A DNA stretch of 64,000 bases from NCBI GenBank assembly GCA_963736115.1, contig CAVTNR010000017.1:32001-96000 (forward strand), in the 5' to 3' direction. The stretch is from an uncultured bacterium (GTDB lineage: Bacteria; Zhuqueibacterota; QNDG01; DTFT01). Of the stretch, positions 12,001-24,100 are shown piece after piece; the first letter of the stretch is position 1, and the number at the start of each line of letters is the position of its first letter. Under the pieces are notes generated by a model, which saw only the letters and a list, made by a program, of their open reading frames with translations, did no database searches and had not been told where the DNA came from. The translations under genes were made by a program, and so were the position numbers.

Positions 12001-15000
12001 GTGCATAGAGCGTGGCTCCGGCTTCAGTGGAGTAAGTGGCTCCAGCGACGTAGGCCGTACCAGAACCGTCAGCAGCCGTGTTCCAGCCTGCGAACGTGTA
12101 ACCGGTCTTCACCAGGGTTCCCTGATCGGAAAGAGTCAGGTCAACGCCGAACGTCTTGGTCTGGTCGGCAGGATCGGTTCCGCCGGTCGAACCGTTGCCT
12201 TCGAACGTGACAGTGTATGTGTCAGCGGTCCAGATGGCAAACAGGTCGAGGTTCGTGTTGTTGGTGTAGGAGGCGGACTCGGCGTAGGAAGTGCCGGACC
12301 CGTCAGAAGCCGTGTTCCACTCGACGAAGGTATATCCTGTGCGGACCAAAGTTCCCTTGTCACTGAGGGTCAGGTCCACACCATGCGTTTTGGTCTGATC
12401 GGCCGGGTCGGCGCCTCCAGTGAACCCGTTTCCGTCATAGGTCACGGTGTAGGTGTCTGCGGTCCACTGGGCGTAGAGCGTGGCGCCTTCTTCAGCGGAA
12501 TACGTACCGCCAGCGGCATGGGCAGTGCCTGAACCGTCAGCAGCCGTGTTCCAGCCTGAGAACGTGTACCCGGTCTTGACCAGGGTGCCCTGGTCAGAGA
12601 GCGTCAGGTCAACGCCATAGGTCTTGGTCTGGTCGGCAGGATCGGTTCCGCCGGTCGAGCCGTTGCCTTCGAACGTGACGGTGTAGGTGTCGGCGGTCCA
12701 GATGGCAAACAGGTCAAGGTTGGCGTTGTTGGTGTAGGAAGCGGACTCGGCGTAGGAAGTGCCTGATCCGTCGGATGCCGTGTTCCACTCGACGAAGGTG
12801 TACCCTGTGCGGACCAGGGTACCCTTGTCGCTGAGGGTGAGGTCCACGCCATGGGTCTTGGTCTGATCGGAAGGCTCGGCGCCTCCAGTGAACCCGTTTC
12901 CGTCATAGGTGACGGTGTAGGTATCAGCAGTCCACTGCGCGTAGAGGGTGGCCCCGGACTCGACTGAGTACGTGGCTCCTGCGGCATAGGCCGTTCCTGA
13001 GCCCTCCGCGGCCGTGTTCCAGCCTGAGAACGTGTAACCGGTCTTGACCAAAGTCCCCTGATCGGAAAGAGTCAGGTCAACGCCATGCGTTTTGGTCTGG
13101 TCAACAGGATCGGTTCCGCCTGTGGAGCCGTTGCCTTCATAGGTGACTGTGTAGGTGTCGGCTGTCCAGATCGCAAACAGGTCGAGGTTTGCATTGTTGG
13201 TGTAGGAGGCGGACTCGGCGTAGGAGTCTCCGGATCCATCTGCAACGGTATTCCATTCGGAGAACGTGTGCCCAGTGCGAGTCAAGGTTCCCTTGTCGCT
13301 GAGTATCAGGGCAATGCCATGCGTCTTGGTCTGATCGGCAGGTCCCGTGCCTCCAGTGAACCCGTTTCCGTCATAGGTGACTGTGTAGGTATCAGCAGTC
13401 CACTGAGCGTAGAGCGTGGCGCCTTCTTCAGCGGAGTAAGTCCCGCCGGCGGCATAGGCAGTGCCCGAACCGTCAGCGGCCGTGTTCCATTCTGCGAACG
13501 TGTGGCCTGTCCGGACAAGGGTTCCCTCATCCGAGAGCGTCAGGTCAACGCCGAAGGTCTTGGTCTGATCGGAGGGATCGGTTCCGCCGGTTGAGCCGTT
13601 GCCCTCGAACGTGACGGTGTAAGTGTCGAGAGTTCCGGTGAAATCCTGATTCGGGATGTCTTCGGAAATTTCAGCCAAGGAACGATTGATGGGATCGAAG
13701 GTATATCCTATTTTCGACGGCGTGATCTCCGTTTCCGTATTGAACGGGACTCCGGGCTTGGAGTAGAACCCGGAGGCGTCCGTAGTGACAGTGGATCCGT
13801 CATGGGAGAATGTGACCGTGACACTGGCCAGGGGGTTGGTGCCGTCATCGATTGTGCCGGAGATTGTGTATGTGTTTTCGGTCCACTGGGCGTAGAGCGT
13901 TGCGCCCTCTTCAGCGGAATACGTGCCGCCAGCGGCATAGGCGGTGCCAGAGCCGTCAGCAGACGTGTTCCAGCCTGCGAACGTGTGGCCTGTCCTGACC
14001 AGAGTGCCCTCATCCGAGAGCGTCAGGTCCACGCCATGGGTCTTGGTCTGGTCTGCAGGATCGGTTCCTCCTGTCGAGCCATTGCCTTCATAGGTGACGG
14101 TGTAGGTGTCGGCTGTCCACTGGGCGTAGAGCGTGGCGCCTTCTTCTGCGGAGTACGTTCCGCCCGCGGCATAGGCGGTGCCGGAGCCGTCAGCGGCCGT
14201 GTTCCAGCCTGCGAACGTGTGGCCGGTCCTGACCAAAGTGCCCTGATCGGAGAGAGTCAGGTCCACGCCGTGTGTCTTGGTCTGGTCTGCAGGATCGGTT
14301 CCGCCGGTTGAGCCGTTGCCCTCATAGGTGACTGTGTACGTATTGAGTCCGGTACCCTGAATAGAGAAATTATAGGGATTCTCATCCCCGTCGTCGTTTT
14401 CAATGCTGATCGTTGCTGATCGCGTTCCACTGGCCGAGGGATCGAAACTCACCTGGAATGTCCGGGTTCCGCCGGAAGAAGCGACCGGACTGACGGGCTG
14501 GCTTGTAACCGTAAAATCCCCGGAATGGGTTCCTGAAATCGTCACAATGGGAGATCCGGTCAGAAGAAGATCCGCATCGCCCGTATTCACGATGGTAAAG
14601 GTTCGCACAACGGTGCCGCCTGTCACGGTCGTGGCACCGAAATCCGTGTGATCCGTGGAAGACGGGACGACATCCCCGTTGGAAATGGAAGTCGAATTTC
14701 CCTGTACGTCCATTTCAGGCACGAGCGGATAGGCGCCCGCATCCCATGTATAATCCGTTTCCGCGGCCGACAGGGTGGTTGTGGCGGTTCCTCCCGTGGA
14801 GGCGTTCGCGTCACTGTCCGCCGCGTCGTCTGCCCCCTGATCCTGCGGACTGAAGGCGTAGCCGGAGGGAAGGCCGGAGAAAATGAGGTAATAATCACCC
14901 GGAGCCAGTCCGGTGAACGCGAAAGTGCCGTCGCTTGCCGTGGTCGCGGATGATCCGATCTGTGTCCCGGATCCGTTGTACAGGGTGACCACAACGCCCG

Positions 15001-16234
15001 AGAGGCCCCCTTCGCCCGCATCCTGAATTCCATCTCGGTCCAGGTCTTCGAATACCTTGTCTCCGATATTGGCCAGGGAACCGGAGGGAAGATAGGCGCC
15101 TGCGTCCTGAAAATCGTTGTTGTCGCCGAGGTTCAGCGTGAAGGTGCCCGTCCTTCCCGTGACCGGGCTGACGTCGCTGTCCAGCGCGTCGTCGCCGCCC
15201 TGATTCTGGGCCGTGAACTGCCAGCTCGAAGGAAGGGTCGAGAATTCCAGATAGTATTCGCCGGGGATGATGTTGGTGTAGGCATAAAGCCCGTTGGAAT
15301 CCGTAGTGCGCGTCCCGATCAGGGAGTTGCCCGTCGTGTACAGCTTTACCGTGACATTCTGGACGCCCGCTTCACCCGCATCCTGTATGCCGTCATTGTC
15401 CGTATCGTTCCAGACCCGATTCCCGACCGAGGCGGAACCGGCAAAGGGGGAAGCGGCCAGGGGGCAGGACGCCGCATCGTTCACCGAGAGTCCGCTTTGC
15501 CCGGTGCCCACGTAAACGGAGGAGCCGGTGGTAATGTTGATCTTGTAAAGCCGTCCGCTCGTATTGTTGCCGACGTACAGATAGTTGTCATTGGCGGTCC
15601 AAGAGGCGCCCCACTGGTTTCCGTTGCCCGGATCGGTCTCCAGGGATCCGGTGATATCCACCGTCCAGACCGCGCCGGTACTCGGGTTGAGTCCGTACAC
15701 AACCGCGCTCGTACCGCTGTTGTGTACGCCGTACAGGTTCCCGTCCGCGGCCATATAAGCGCCGTCCAGGGCCTGGAAATTCGAGCTGAGCGCGCGCGTG
15801 GTGACGGCCCCGGTCGAGAGATTCACGATGTACAATGTGGAGGCCGACATCGACATGTAGTTGTTGCTCAGATCGCAGTCGCCGCGGACATTGCCGCTGG
15901 CAAGCGGCCGGAAGCCGGTGTCCGTGAAGTTGCCGGCGGCGTCCATCTTCCAGATGCGGTATGGAGAGGCCTGGTCCTGGAAATACAGATATCCGTCCGC
16001 GTTGTTGTAGGCCGCCGCGTTCAGGCTCCTGCCGAATGTCGCGATAGTCTGATACGTGAACGGGTTCGTGCTCGCATCGAGGCGGGATACGATGCCCGAA
16101 CTGGTGTAAATGTGGAAAAAATTGGGCAGGCAGGAATATCCCTGGGCCGCCACCGGATTCGGGTTCAGAAGGGAAATGAGCGCGGCCATCAGAAGCCAGA
16201 CGGCCAACAGGTTGAAACGGAACGGATTACGCAT
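3075..16234 (-). CDS. Giant T9SS-sorted surface adhesin (about 4386 aa if the frameshift at about 10090 is corrected): signal peptide, beta-propeller-like head, SdrD-B domains, choice-of-anchor D, about 25 InlB-B/Flg_new repeats, carboxypeptidase-regulatory-like Ig domains, GH99-like domain, Fn3, type A CTD
   Basis: ORFs 10001-16294 and 3075-10010 continue the same 78-aa repeat (TYTVTYxGNG..GYTFxGWNT..LYAQW). SdrD-B motif GDFVWNDLDKDGIQD; C-terminal NYPNPFNPST..MLLVK; ATG at 16234 follows a GGGGAG RBS. Confidence 0.85.
7500..14340 (-). repeat. Intragenic tandem array of 234-bp units with a ~717-bp higher-order repeat
   Basis: Near-identical blocks start at about 9361, 10078 and 10795. Confidence 0.9.
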
Positions 16235-16437
16235 GGATCTCCCCTGCCTTGATGTAGGTGTGTTTTCTTTCAGAAGCATTGGTTGAAAATTCATTCACCA
16301 AATTCGAGTACGGACATGGAATGTATTGTTCAAAAGAAGGATAATGCTGATTTGAACCCTGAACGGGGAAGTCGAAAGGCGAGGGGTTCCCATGACAGGA
16401 ACACTCGGAGAGGATGTTGCCGGGAATATGATTCATC

Positions 16438-16848
16438 TCATTCCCTCATTTTCTCTGTCAGGATAATCTCGCAGGTTTGAACGCAGGCAGGCTGTTCTAC
16501 GAAAAGAGGGGCTCTTTCGCGTTCGATGCCGGCGCGTACCGGATCAGAGACCCATATACGATGATACAGTCTGTCCTTCATGACAAATCGGTATTCTTTC
16601 TTGTCGCTCCGGTACTTGTTCGTGATCGGGGTAATCGGGACGTTATTACCGCTCTGGTTCAAATGAAGATCCCAGAAATTATTGACACCGGACAGAGCAG
16701 GTTTCGGCCGGAGCGGTCCGGAATCGGATTCACCGGACAGTGATATTTCATCCATGCAAATGGAATTGACAGGGGCTTCCATTGCAAGAATACCAATGCA
16801 ACTCAATAGGAATAATCCAAAAAGAATAATTTGAATTTTTCTTGTCAT
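16438..16848 (-). CDS. Small exported hypothetical protein (NKYRSDKKEYR family, paralog of 32817-33215)
   Basis: Hydrophobic N-terminus; the motif is conserved with the paralog through synonymous changes only. Confidence 0.7.
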   Translation of the reverse strand: MTRKIQIILFGLFLLSCIGILAMEAPVNSICMDEISLSGESDSGPLRPKPALSGVNNFWDLHLNQSGNNVPITPITNKYRSDKKEYRFVMKDRLYHRIWVSDPVRAGIERERAPLFVEQPACVQTCEIILTEKMRE

Positions 16849-17038
16849 CTTAATTGTTGTATTTAATATAATTAATTGTTAAAAATGGTTAATTTAATTT
16901 TGGAATGATTCCTATTATTATTGAATCGAATAGTCCTATAAATTCAATATAAACATATAATTCATTTTTTCAGGGATAAGATGCTTTTTTCATTTTAGAA
17001 TGATTTTATCAATAATTCCATTCAATAATCCTCTATTC

Positions 17039-17053
17039 TCAATTTGCATGCCA
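17039..17053 (-). promoter_or_regulatory. Putative sigma54-type -24/-12 promoter
   Basis: TGGCATG-CAAA-TTGA on the minus strand, upstream of locus A. Confidence 0.6.
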
Positions 17054-17149
17054 ATTACACCGATGGATAATATGTTCAAGTCTGTTATGTGGCACAAAGT
17101 GCCGTTGTTTACGATGGAATCCTGTCCACTGATTTCTATATAAAAGAAA

Positions 17150-17180
17150 ACCTCCCGGAAGCTGAGAGTCTCCGGGAGGT
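17150..17180. repeat. REP family A palindrome
   Basis: ACCTCCCGGAAGCTGAGAGTCTCCGGGAGGT. Confidence 0.7.
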
Positions 17181-17209
17181 CGAATAAAGTGATACGATAT
17201 GAAACGGGA

Positions 17210-17875
17210 TTATTTTATCAGCAGCATGCGCTCCATCACCCTGAATTCCCCGGCATTGAGGACCGCCAGATAGACCCCTCCAGCCAGGTTTGAAGCATCG
17301 AAATTCAGGGTGTGTGAACCCGCGGACCGCCTTTCATCCAGCAGAACCGAGATACTCCGCCCCCGGACGTCGAGCACATGGAGGGAAACATGCATATCCC
17401 TGGGCAATTCAAACCGGATAGCGGTATACGGATTGAATGGATTCGGGAAATTGGGATGGAGAACAGGCCGCAAGGGAAGCGCCGCTCCATTTCTGTATTC
17501 CACCGCGCTCGGGGGTTTGCTGGTGGACGTGCCCGGATTGGTGACGGACGCGTATACTCCCGGCGCAGGGCTCCCAGTGGTCCAGGCCCCGGACGGATCC
17601 TGCAATTCAATCCCGTTCGAGAACCCATCCCCATCCGAATCGAGGTCGGCGAGGCCTGCTCCCCAGATCACGTTACCGTTCGAATTCACCTCAGTCAGGT
17701 ATCCGGATTGGATCGCCAGGCCGAAACTGTTTCTCGGCCCGCCCTGGCCGTTATGGCAATTGCCGCAGGTGAACTTGGCGCCGTTGGGGATTTGGTTGAC
17801 GCGTTTTTCCCGAGCAATTCCATTAATATAGAACATGGAAACAGCCAGGCCAATTAAAAACATACGCTTAAGCAT
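17210..17875 (-). CDS. T9SS cargo with a CxxCH motif and a temptin-like domain
   Basis: Signal peptide, CGNCH, RNSFG, LDSDGDGFSNGIELQDP..NPG, then NFPNPFNP..MLLIK CTD; GAGGAGG RBS. Confidence 0.75.
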   Translation of the reverse strand: MLKRMFLIGLAVSMFYINGIAREKRVNQIPNGAKFTCGNCHNGQGGPRNSFGLAIQSGYLTEVNSNGNVIWGAGLADLDSDGDGFSNGIELQDPSGAWTTGSPAPGVYASVTNPGTSTSKPPSAVEYRNGAALPLRPVLHPNFPNPFNPYTAIRFELPRDMHVSLHVLDVRGRSISVLLDERRSAGSHTLNFDASNLAGGVYLAVLNAGEFRVMERMLLIK

Positions 17876-17994
17876 TTCCCGTTCCTCCTCTTTGTCTACG
17901 GAAAACTTCGGATGCAGGATTTCGATCATGAAAAAATCTGGAAATAATAATGAATTTTCGGGAAAAACGCAAACGATTTCATTCTGTAAAAAAA

Positions 17995-18023
17995 CCTCCC
18001 GGAGGCATGAAGCCTTCGGGAGG
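17995..18023. repeat. REP family A palindrome
   Basis: CCTCCCGGAGGCATGAAGCCTTCGGGAGG, downstream of the OM barrel gene. Confidence 0.7.
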
Positions 18024-18048
18024 CGGAAGGTCCCGGGGGGAATCGGGG

Positions 18049-21000
18049 CTACTTCCAGTCGAATATGCCCTCGCTGAACTTCATCCTGAGTACGATGTAG
18101 AGATTGGAATAGCTGTATTCGGAATAGGCGAAATCAGGATCGTCCAGTTTCTTGAAAACATACCCGACGCCCGCGGTCATGTTCTTTTTCAACAGAAAGC
18201 CGATGTCCGCGGCCCCGCCCGTTTTGCTCTGACCCGCGGGGGACAGGGTGACCAGCCGTAAATCAATGCCCGTGCTCCATCGCGGCATCCAGGAGAATTC
18301 CGCGCGGAGCGCATAGAGCGCGGTCGTGGTCCGGCTGGAGAACAAACCGATTTCCTCGTCGAGCAGGCGCCGTAGCGCGAACCGGGCCCCGAACTCCAGC
18401 CGCGGCGCGGGTTCCCAGTAGGCATGGCAAGAGACAATGGCCCGGTCGAGCCGCGTCTTCGGCGCCACGTGCGTGTTTTTGTCCGTGAGAATCTGCATTT
18501 TCGCGATGCCGTTGAACGCGTCGCTGCGCTCCGGCCGGAAAGCCATGCCGACCTGGTATTCGTTTCGGTTCCAGACGTCGCCCGACTTTTTCAGGTATTC
18601 GGCTCCGGTCAGCTCCATCCGTCCGATGGCGCTCAGTCCGGCCATGAGCCGGCTTTCCCCGCCCAGGCTGACCACGCGCTTGCGCAGAATCCTGTCCTGG
18701 CGCATCTCGAATTTTCCCGCGGCTTTCCAGGGCTTGTCGGGCAGGTATTCCAGGGCCACGGAAACGGCGTTGTTCTCCGGGGTGGGCACCTCGAGGGAGT
18801 CGACGGTCGCCACGCTTTCCAGCGCGATGTTGAGCGTCAGGTCGGGACGCACGGCCCACTTGTTCTTCAATCCGATGGATGCGCGGCTCATATCCTCGCC
18901 CGTGACCCCGCCGATTTCGTATTTGCCGGTCACGAGGGTGTTCCTGCCGAAGCGGGAATCGATGCCCAGGAGGGTCTGCGTCCGGCGACCGGCGCCGCTG
19001 AGCAGCCGTTCCTTGGCGAAGAACTGTATCCTCTGGGTCAGGTCCACGCGGATGCCGACGGCCGTTCCGGTGGGCAGGGAGGTCCGGCCCTCGGCCAGGT
19101 TCTGGTCGTGCTCCAGAGTCGTCGAGAGGCGCTTCCACCATCGGTGGCTCAGCTGGGCCTTCAGCATTTTCGAGCGGTAGTCCCGGGAGGACGCGGAATC
19201 GGCTCCGGCGCGGTTCCGCTCCGCGTCTTCGTATCCGAGCTTCGCGGTTGTCGCCTCGCCGAGCGCGTACTCGTAGAACGCGTTGACCACCCGGGTCCGG
19301 TTCTCGTTCACCGTGCCCTGCTCGATCACCTGCCGGTAGGCCTGTGATTGGATGCGTCCGAATTTTCCGAGGCGGAGCGTGTGGTCCATCCCGACCTTTT
19401 CGCTTCCGACCTGGAACGCGCTTCCGGTCAGTGACGGGTTCTCGAAATCCTCGTCCACGCGGCGGTAATAGCCGTTCGACTCGAGTGCCGTGAAGGGCTT
19501 GAGCTTCAATTCGGCGCGAACCGCGCCGCCGTTCCGCTTCTCACCGTCGAAACCGGAGGAGAGACTGCGGGCCGCCTCGCCGCTCAGCGAGATCCGCCTG
19601 CCGATGGGAAGCGAGAGATCCGCGCCCGCGAGCACATAGTTGGAGGGCTTTTTCTCCTCGAAGACCAGGGTCGAACCGAGCCGGATCCCCTTCTTCCAGT
19701 CGCCGTCGTACCGGAGCCCGCCGATCACGTTGCGGGCCGCGCCCCCGCGGTATTCGTACGAGGCGACGATCCAGACCGGATTGCCCCCGGCGTCCTGGCT
19801 CGACACCGGCTGCTTGAACATGAGGGTGCCGTCCACGTAGTTGATATCGTAGTCCTGAAACCGCACCAGTTCGTCTGACGACAGTATCCGCTCGGGATGG
19901 TAGCGGTCGCGCGTCTCGATGCGGACCTTGTCGGTATTGATCGTGATGCGGCCGCCGGACAGGAAATAGAATCCGGATATGCCCTCGCCGCGTATCTCGT
20001 CAAGCCGCATGGTGCGGTCGTTCAGGGTGGAGAAGCCGCTCAGGGACTGGCCCTTCCAGGAGAGGCGGCCGAATACGCCGTTGAACGACCGGTCGTATTT
20101 CGCGAATTCCGCGGTTCGGAACTGGGTGTTGAAGTCGCCCGCTGCGAGAAAGGACTCGTTCCGCTCGATCTTGCCGAAGAACTTCGACTGGGTCTGGGCG
20201 TCCCAGGTCAGGGTGCTGGCGTCTCCGTACAGGGCGTACTGCTTCTCGGGGTCCAGGTCCCGGAACAGCTGGTTCTCCCGCGTCCGCCGGCTGTCGAAGG
20301 ATACCGTGGCCATGTATTTTTTCGCCACCGCGCCCTTCGCGTAAAGGGCCATGCGGCCGCTTACGGGAAGACCGCGCCATTCCCCTTCCTGAGCGGTCCA
20401 GTCGGCCAGCGTGAATTTCGGGAAGCCGGGATCCTTCAGTCCCCACTGCCGGCCGGCCACGGCCGCGTCCGCGGAACCCACCAGGATCAGCGGGCTCAGG
20501 GGCGTGGTGTAACGGACGGGCACGGCGAGGGATGCCTGCCCGACTTGCACGACGGCCTCCTCACGGCCGACGGCCCGGGCCGCGCGGATCCGGAATTCAA
20601 CGCGGTCGTCCGTCACCGGCACCTGGATGCCCGCGGACAGGGAATCCAGATCCGGGTCCGCGACGGACCCTGCGGCGATTCTCACATCCGCGGACTTCAG
20701 GCGGCGGACAGGGAACCCCCATGCGTCCTCCACGCGGATCCGGATGCCGGCTGTCGACTGGCTGTCGGCCGGAAGTTCCACACCCGCACCTTCTAACTTC
20801 AGCGACGCCGGAGCGCCGACGATGTGCACGGCGTGAACGGCTTCGAACATCCGCCCGCCGGCGCCGACGGCGCGGGCGCGCAGTTCCACGGGTCCTTCCG
20901 GAACCGGGATGTTCAGAAAGTCATACCGGCCGTCGATCCGGATTTCCCCGGAATCGGCGGGCGCGCCGTTGACGAAGAGCCACGCCCTGGCGCCCGGTTT

Positions 21001-21171
21001 TCCGGACACGACCACGGCGATGCGCCCCTGCTCCAGGACGCTGTTCTTCTTCGGCGACTTGATGGAGAGCTGTCCGGACGCGGGCACCGCGACCGCCAGA
21101 ACGGCGCACAGCAGCGGCGGGAGCCATTTTCGGTTCAGGTTCTTCATGCCCGGTTCACCTGCTCTTCTCAA
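18049..21171 (-). CDS. Large outer-membrane beta-barrel protein of the DUF11 operon (candidate export/assembly pore); alternative start at 21147
   Basis: Signal peptide and N-terminal Ig-like domains; YALYGDAS and DYDINYVDGTLMFKQPV motifs typical of DUF11-cluster barrels; about 600 aa of amphipathic strands ending LRMKF..DWK. Confidence 0.75.
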   Translation of the reverse strand: MRRAGEPGMKNLNRKWLPPLLCAVLAVAVPASGQLSIKSPKKNSVLEQGRIAVVVSGKPGARAWLFVNGAPADSGEIRIDGRYDFLNIPVPEGPVELRARAVGAGGRMFEAVHAVHIVGAPASLKLEGAGVELPADSQSTAGIRIRVEDAWGFPVRRLKSADVRIAAGSVADPDLDSLSAGIQVPVTDDRVEFRIRAARAVGREEAVVQVGQASLAVPVRYTTPLSPLILVGSADAAVAGRQWGLKDPGFPKFTLADWTAQEGEWRGLPVSGRMALYAKGAVAKKYMATVSFDSRRTRENQLFRDLDPEKQYALYGDASTLTWDAQTQSKFFGKIERNESFLAAGDFNTQFRTAEFAKYDRSFNGVFGRLSWKGQSLSGFSTLNDRTMRLDEIRGEGISGFYFLSGGRITINTDKVRIETRDRYHPERILSSDELVRFQDYDINYVDGTLMFKQPVSSQDAGGNPVWIVASYEYRGGAARNVIGGLRYDGDWKKGIRLGSTLVFEEKKPSNYVLAGADLSLPIGRRISLSGEAARSLSSGFDGEKRNGGAVRAELKLKPFTALESNGYYRRVDEDFENPSLTGSAFQVGSEKVGMDHTLRLGKFGRIQSQAYRQVIEQGTVNENRTRVVNAFYEYALGEATTAKLGYEDAERNRAGADSASSRDYRSKMLKAQLSHRWWKRLSTTLEHDQNLAEGRTSLPTGTAVGIRVDLTQRIQFFAKERLLSGAGRRTQTLLGIDSRFGRNTLVTGKYEIGGVTGEDMSRASIGLKNKWAVRPDLTLNIALESVATVDSLEVPTPENNAVSVALEYLPDKPWKAAGKFEMRQDRILRKRVVSLGGESRLMAGLSAIGRMELTGAEYLKKSGDVWNRNEYQVGMAFRPERSDAFNGIAKMQILTDKNTHVAPKTRLDRAIVSCHAYWEPAPRLEFGARFALRRLLDEEIGLFSSRTTTALYALRAEFSWMPRWSTGIDLRLVTLSPAGQSKTGGAADIGFLLKKNMTAGVGYVFKKLDDPDFAYSEYSYSNLYIVLRMKFSEGIFDWK

Positions 21172-24100
21172 TCGTGAAATTCGCCTTGGCCATTCCGCCC
21201 GGCGGAACCAGGACGAGGCGCGATTTCGGGTCGTCGAGGAAACCGAAGTCCGACACGGTGACCCGCGTCCCCTCCGGAAGCGTCTTCTCGTTCAGCCGGA
21301 CGACGTGCTGGCCCTCCCCGACGTCCGGTATGGAATACTTGCCGAAGGTGTCGGTGCGGACGCGCGTTCCGTCCTCGAGGATCAGCTCGATGTTGCCGAT
21401 TCCGGGTTCCCCGCGGTCATGGGACGCGTTTCCGTCCAGGTCCTCGTACACCTTGCCGATGATCAGGCCGCGCTCGTCGAACGCGCCTCCGGACACGAGC
21501 ACAGCGGCGCTGGCCTCGGGAGAAACCACGAGAACGCCGCCCGCGGTCGAGGCCGTGGCCGTCGCGAGATTCTTCAGCTCCCCGCGGCCCGCGGAGAGTC
21601 CGATCCGGACACGGTATTTGATCTGCACGCTTCCTGCCGGCGGAACGGCGCGCCGGATCGTCCACGTCATCAGGGGCCGGCCGCCGGATTCCGTGACGGA
21701 TGGATCCGGTCCCGGAATCGAGTCGATCCGGGTCGTGCCGGGTTCGTACCGGAAGCCCTTGGGAAGACGGTCGAACACCATGACGGAGACCAGGGAGTCG
21801 TCCGCGCTCTGGTTCAGGCAGGTGACGGTGTAGGTCAGGACGTCGCCGCCCTGGGCCGTTTTCCGGTTCACGGTCTTGTGGACGTCCAGGAAAGACCGGA
21901 CGAGCCGCGTCCGGGCTTGGGTGCGGGAATGGTCCGCGCTTAGGGCGGTGTCGCCGTCGCAGATGATGCGCGCCGTGTTCTCGATCTCCAGGACTCCGGG
22001 CGCCAGGCCGGGCCGGACCACGGTTTTCAGGACGATCGAGTCCGGACGGCCCGCGGCGAGGCCGGACTGGACGAATTCCAGGAGGTTCGTCACCGGATCG
22101 TAGGAAACCAGCCTGGCGGAGGGTTTCAACAGCACCGATTCGGGAACCAGCGCGAGTTCGGGGGGCAAAAAGTCCGTGATCCGGACATCGCCCGTCACGT
22201 CCCGGTCGGGCACGCCGAAACGAAGAACATAGGAGAGAGTGTCACCGGAAACCGCGGTGGTTTTATCCACGGTTTTCGACAGCCAGAGGCCGTTCCCGGG
22301 CAGCAGGGTGATTGCCGCGTCCGTCACACGGATCGCGCCTGTGGAGTGCACGCAGGTCAGCCAGGCGATGTTGTCCACCCGGGTGCGCGAACCCAGCCTT
22401 TCCGTGACGCGGACGTCCAGGAACACCGTGTCCCGGTCCCCCGGAACCAGGTCGGGAAGCCGCCAGATCACGGCGCCGGTCGAACCGGACCCCGTGCCGG
22501 CCCCTGTTTTGGGCGCGGCCGTCACGGTGCGTGCCGACGCGTCGAACGTCCAGTCGGCCGTGGCGCCGATGAATTCGAGATACTCCGGCAGGGTGTCGGT
22601 CAAAACCGGATTGAACGCGGGGATGTCTCCGATGTTCGTGGACACCAGACGGTACCGGATCGTGTCGCCGATGAAGGTGGTGCGGGGTCCTGTGATCTCC
22701 AGGGCCAGCACCGGAGGCGAAATCACGGTGATGCCCCAGCGGGAACTGTCCTGGGCGCCGGCCGAGGAAACCGCCCAGACCCGGTTGTCGATGAAGGTGC
22801 TGTCCGGCACCGGCCTGGGGACGGTCACGGTGAGACGGAGCGTGTCGTGGAATCCCGGAGAGAGGTTCCGCAAAGTCCAGGTCACGATGCTGTCCCGGCA
22901 GGTGCCGCCGTGCGTCGCGGACATGAATTTCAGTCTCGGGTTCAGGGTGTCGAGAACCGTGACGGTCGTGGACTGGGCGGGAACGCCGTTCGACAGGATC
23001 AGGTCATAGGTCAGCGTGTCGCCGGCCCACCAGGTCCGTTTTGCCGCCTGCTTGATGATTTCAATGCCGGATCCGGTGTTCCGGAAGGCCGAGGCCGCGG
23101 AAGCGAGGACAGGCCCGGTCTCAACGGAGGTGAATCGGGCCGTGTTCCGTATCGTGTCCCCGGACACGGTCGCGGAAACCCGGGCCCGCAGTCGGAACTC
23201 GCGGCTCGTCCGGTAATCCAGAGAACCGATTGTCCATGTCAGGACGCCGCCGGATGTGTCCGCGGCCGGATCGGACGAGATCAGGTCCAGGCCCGCGGGC
23301 AGGATGTCGGAAACGGTCACGGAATTGAGGACTTCCGTGCCCGTGTTCGACGCGGTCATCAGGTACTCGAGCGTGTCTCCCGGGGCGCATTCGGAAGCGC
23401 CTGCGCGTTTTTCGAAGAGAATGCCCGGTTTCGAGGAAACGCGGATTTCCCAGGCCGAGCTGTCCCGCACGCCGAAGGCCGCGCGGGCCCAGGCTTCGTT
23501 CCGGATGCGCGTCCCGTCCCGGACGGGGACCGTGATTCCGGCCATGAGCTTCAGCGTGTCGCCGAAATCCGGCTCGAGACCGGAAAATTGCCAGGTGACG
23601 ATGCTGTCGGCGCAGACACCGCCGTGGGAGGCGTGGATGAAAGCCAGCCCTGGCGGCAGGGTGTCGGTCAAAGTAACATCGACCAGCGGCCGGACGCCTG
23701 AGCCCCTCAGGACCAGGCTGTAGGCGATCGTGTCGCCCGCTGCATAGGCGGTGTCACGCGCAAGCTTGACCAGCTCGATTCCGGCGCCGGGTCCGAGCGA
23801 GACCGCGGCGGCTGAGGCTGTGTCTGAATCGGCCTCGGAGGAGACGAGGACGGCGCGGTTCAAGAGCGTGTCGCCGGCCGCGCCGGATAGGGCGCGGGCC
23901 AGAAGGGTCAGGCGGGCCTGCCCGTCTTTGGGGAGAAGGTCGACCGTCCAGGAGACGACGGATCCGTCGACTTCCACGGTCCGGTCGGATGAAAGGAATG
24001 TCAGCCCTTCGGGCAATGTGTCGCGGACCGCCACATGGGTCAGGTCCGTGACACCGGTGTTGCGGGCCGTCAGGGCATAGGCGAGCGTGTCGCCCGCGTA

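Noticed and set aside
7500-14340. Long tandem repeats as a CRISPR array or DGR template/variable repeats
   Set aside because: Units are 234-bp in-frame coding repeats without spacers; no cas or reverse transcriptase genes; differences are mostly synonymous and not adenine-specific.
16227-16436. 69-aa ORF between the small ORF and the giant adhesin
   Set aside because: Its ATG is at the conserved junction and it could couple translation, but it has no similarity to the corresponding locus B sequence, so it was not called.
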